DNA from: Aplysia californica | Taxonomy: Eukaryota | Assembly (NCBI RefSeq): GCF_000002075.1 | Contig: NW_004797831.1 | Location: forward strand, 423,249 to 487,248 | DNA: 64,000 nt | Direction of reading: 5' to 3' | Part shown: positions 61,289-64,000 of the stretch, piece after piece | Numbering within the stretch: position 1 is the stretch's first letter | Layout: each line of letters opens with the position of its first letter | Position numbers and translations under genes: made by a program | The notes under the pieces: model-generated | Told to the model about the DNA's origin: nothing | Databases searched by the model: none | The model's input: the letters and a program-made list of their open reading frames with translations, nothing else

Positions 61289-63009
61289 TCTCTCTCTCTT
61301 TCTTCTTTTGTTACTTCTGGCACTGACTGCAAAAATACCATTCAGACCCTTACTATTCGTCGATACGTATCAGAACTATTTTAACCTCCCCCAGTATCAA
61401 CATGTGCTATCTCCAAATGCATAACCTCAGAATCAGTTAAGAGAAGGAGAGAAGAAAGAAAGGTTGACGTTGGAACCCGGAAATGGTTGTCAAACGAACG
61501 CAATCATTGCCTGTTCTAGTACAGNNNNNNNNNNNNNNNNNNNNNNNNNNNNNNNNNNNNNNNNNNNNNNNNNNNNNNNNNNNNNNNNNNNNNNNNNNNN
61601 NNNNNNNNNNNNNNNNNNNNNNNNNNNNNNNNNNNNNNNNNNNNNNNNNNNNNNNNNNNNNNNNNNNNNNNNNNNNNNNNNNNNNNNNNNNNNNNNNNNN
61701 NNNNNNNNNNNNNNNNNNNNNNNNNNNNNNNNNNNNNNNNNNNNNNNNNNNNNNNNNNNNNNNNNNNNNNNNNNNNNNNNNNNNNNNNNNNNNNNNNNNN
61801 NNNNNNNNNNNNNNNNNNNNNNNNNNNNNNNNNNNNNNNNNNNNNNNNNNNNNNNGGATAATAATAACAACAATAACAACAATAATAATATTATTATTAT
61901 AATCATCATAATCGAAATCGTGTGATACGATCTACGTTTTCAATGAAAGTAGAAACTAAAGGGAGACAATTCAATAACTATGCATGAAACATCGAAAAAA
62001 ATATCGCCAGTTGTTGTCCTTAGACCAGAGATCTCTATCTCAAATTATCCCTTTTGGCCGCTTGAGGTAGGGTCTGGGCTAGGGNNNNNNNNNNNNNNNN
62101 NNNNNNNNNNNNNNNNNNNNNNNNNNNNNNNNNNNNNNNNNNNNNNNNNNNNNNNNNNNNNNNNNNNNNNNNNNNNNNNNNNNNNNNNNNNNNNNNNNNN
62201 NNNNNNNNNNNNNNNNNNNNNNNNNNNNNNNNNNNNNNNNNNNNNNNNNNNNNNNNNNNNNNNNNNNNNNNNNNNNNNNNNNNNNNNNNNNNNNNNNNNN
62301 NNNNNNNNNNNNNNNNNNNNNNNNNNNNNNNNGGTCGACAGTTCGTTGCGCAACTTATTGTCAAACATTTCCTAAACTATCGAACATAAACTTACCAGCT
62401 TTTGCACAAAGACGTGTATTAATTTGTCTTAAAATATCAAAATTTGTGTAAACACCTATTAGCTGTATTCCAGACAATTCCTTAACAAATGCTAATACAA
62501 GATTCCAGTGGATGGTTTCTACAGATTTCAATAGGTTTACAGTTGGGGCAATATTGCTTTTAAAAGCAAGTCCGTCATTTTTATTTTTTTTTGTAATCGC
62601 GACATTACGCTTAATGAATATAGAATTTGAGAACCTTTAGTGTGAAAAGGTGTTCGCCATAAAATTAATTTCTTGAAACAAGTTTCGATACTAAAAGTGT
62701 CATTGGTGAGCTGTGACGTAGACCATATGTGTATACAACATTTTAATGTGTGTGAGAGGCGGGAAGTGCTGTGAACAATCCCATTTTCCGCGTGACTGAA
62801 ATGTGTAGTATTTTAAATAAATTTATGAAGAAAAGTGTTTAAATCCAACCTTAATTGTTGTGGGAAAATATGATTAAGTGAAGTCAAATTGATACAAACT
62901 GCTGTGCAAAGTACGGGTGACATTGATTCACCAGTTAAAGAGATATTTCAGAAAAAGTTGCGCCACGAATTTTTGACGACACTATTGGAGTGTTTGCTCC
63001 TTTAAAAAA

Positions 63010-63125
63010 CGTATGGAAAAACCAGGAATTAGATCTATAAGAACAAGAATCAAGACAAGAAAGTTCCACACCAGTGTCAGAAGTGCAATACTCTATGGAT
63101 TGGAAACATGGAAACATAATAATAG
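63010..63125 (+). mobile_element. RTE-like LINE remnant
   Basis: K.R.FHTSVRSAILYGLETW resembles the post-RT LLYG.ETW motif. Confidence 0.55.
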
Positions 63126-64000
63126 AAAACACATTTCTAAAAAGCCACAAGCATGTGTTTTTACGGTCCTATACAGCCAAGAAAAATTTCCTCCTCAGAT
63201 AATAACGTTCTGGGTGATTAAAAAAAACAACAACAAAAACAAACAAACAACTGTACAACTTGTTTTTTGCTAATTTTTTTCTCCACACTGAAGTTGTGCG
63301 TTTCAAATTTGTACACAACGTTTGGAGGTCAAAAGGAATTTGTCTGATATTCATTTTTAGATAAATCCACAAAATAGTTTTGCTCTACATAGCGCGTAAA
63401 AAACAACCATTTTTCAGCTATGCCACCATTTTTGTTGCATGATGCACTAGTTTGCATTAGGCCCACCATTAAAAATCCCAACTATTGCGCCATATTGCAA
63501 ACTACAGTAGTCTAACAGGTCAATATAAGTTAGCAGATAGTTTTTTACAAGTTTCCTTTGCCTGCTGAGATCATGGTTAAGATAAGTGAAGAGCAGAGAG
63601 CTTTTTGTATTGAACATTTCCTCACCACCAACTCATTTCGTAAATTTCACACAAGGTACGGAAAAAAATGTTAAAGTGCCCTTAAGGCCTTCTTTGGTGG
63701 AAAGGGTGGAAATGGTCTATCAGTTAGGACCTGTAGAGAATCCGAACTAAAAATTCCCCGACAAAATGACCACTTCAGGTCAAACATGCACCGTTTGTAC
63801 CCATTTAGAAGTCACAAGGGTGCAGCATTCAGTAGATGAGCCCCATGAGACGTCTGTCCGCAGACGATATCTGTTGCAATGACTTTCCTTCATCTCTAAG
63901 GTCCGCATTCTCAAGGCAGATCTTCATCTACTACCGTACCATTTTCCCTTTCGCGAAGTTATCAGCAGAGGATAGCAATGTGTTCATGATTCCTCGATCG

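Overview
Intron-rich, repeat-rich animal genomic DNA; the repeat style suggests a mollusc or gastropod, but that is inference. There are three N gaps. I assembled four spliced protein-coding genes by hand, and every junction is GT-AG and phase-consistent. (1) + strand RNF8-like FHA/coiled-coil/RING E3 ligase, 737-17833, 13 exons, 764 aa, with an unusual tail: RG-rich patch, Ala/Thr repeats, two SIM-like motifs and a CCHC zinc knuckle. (2) - strand TEX43/SPMIP10-like axonemal microtubule-inner-protein gene, 26251-19468, 4 exons including a 21-nt microexon, 134 aa. (3) + strand GPATCH2-family gene, 28454-34245, head-to-head with gene 2, whose G-patch looks degenerate. (4) - strand YeeE/YedE (TsuA/PmpAB-like) sulfur-compound transporter, 56956-47435, 10 coding exons, 392 aa, a prokaryote-type family here as a fully intronised two-half fusion. 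A ~185-bp headless retroposon with a covarying 3' hairpin occurs about 20 times. Every intronic copy I found is sense to its host gene, and several sit at or duplicate 3' splice sites. The rest is tRNA-SINEs, RTE fragments, hAT/piggyBac/Tc1-like MITEs and minisatellites. Family assignments come from motif recall, not database searches.
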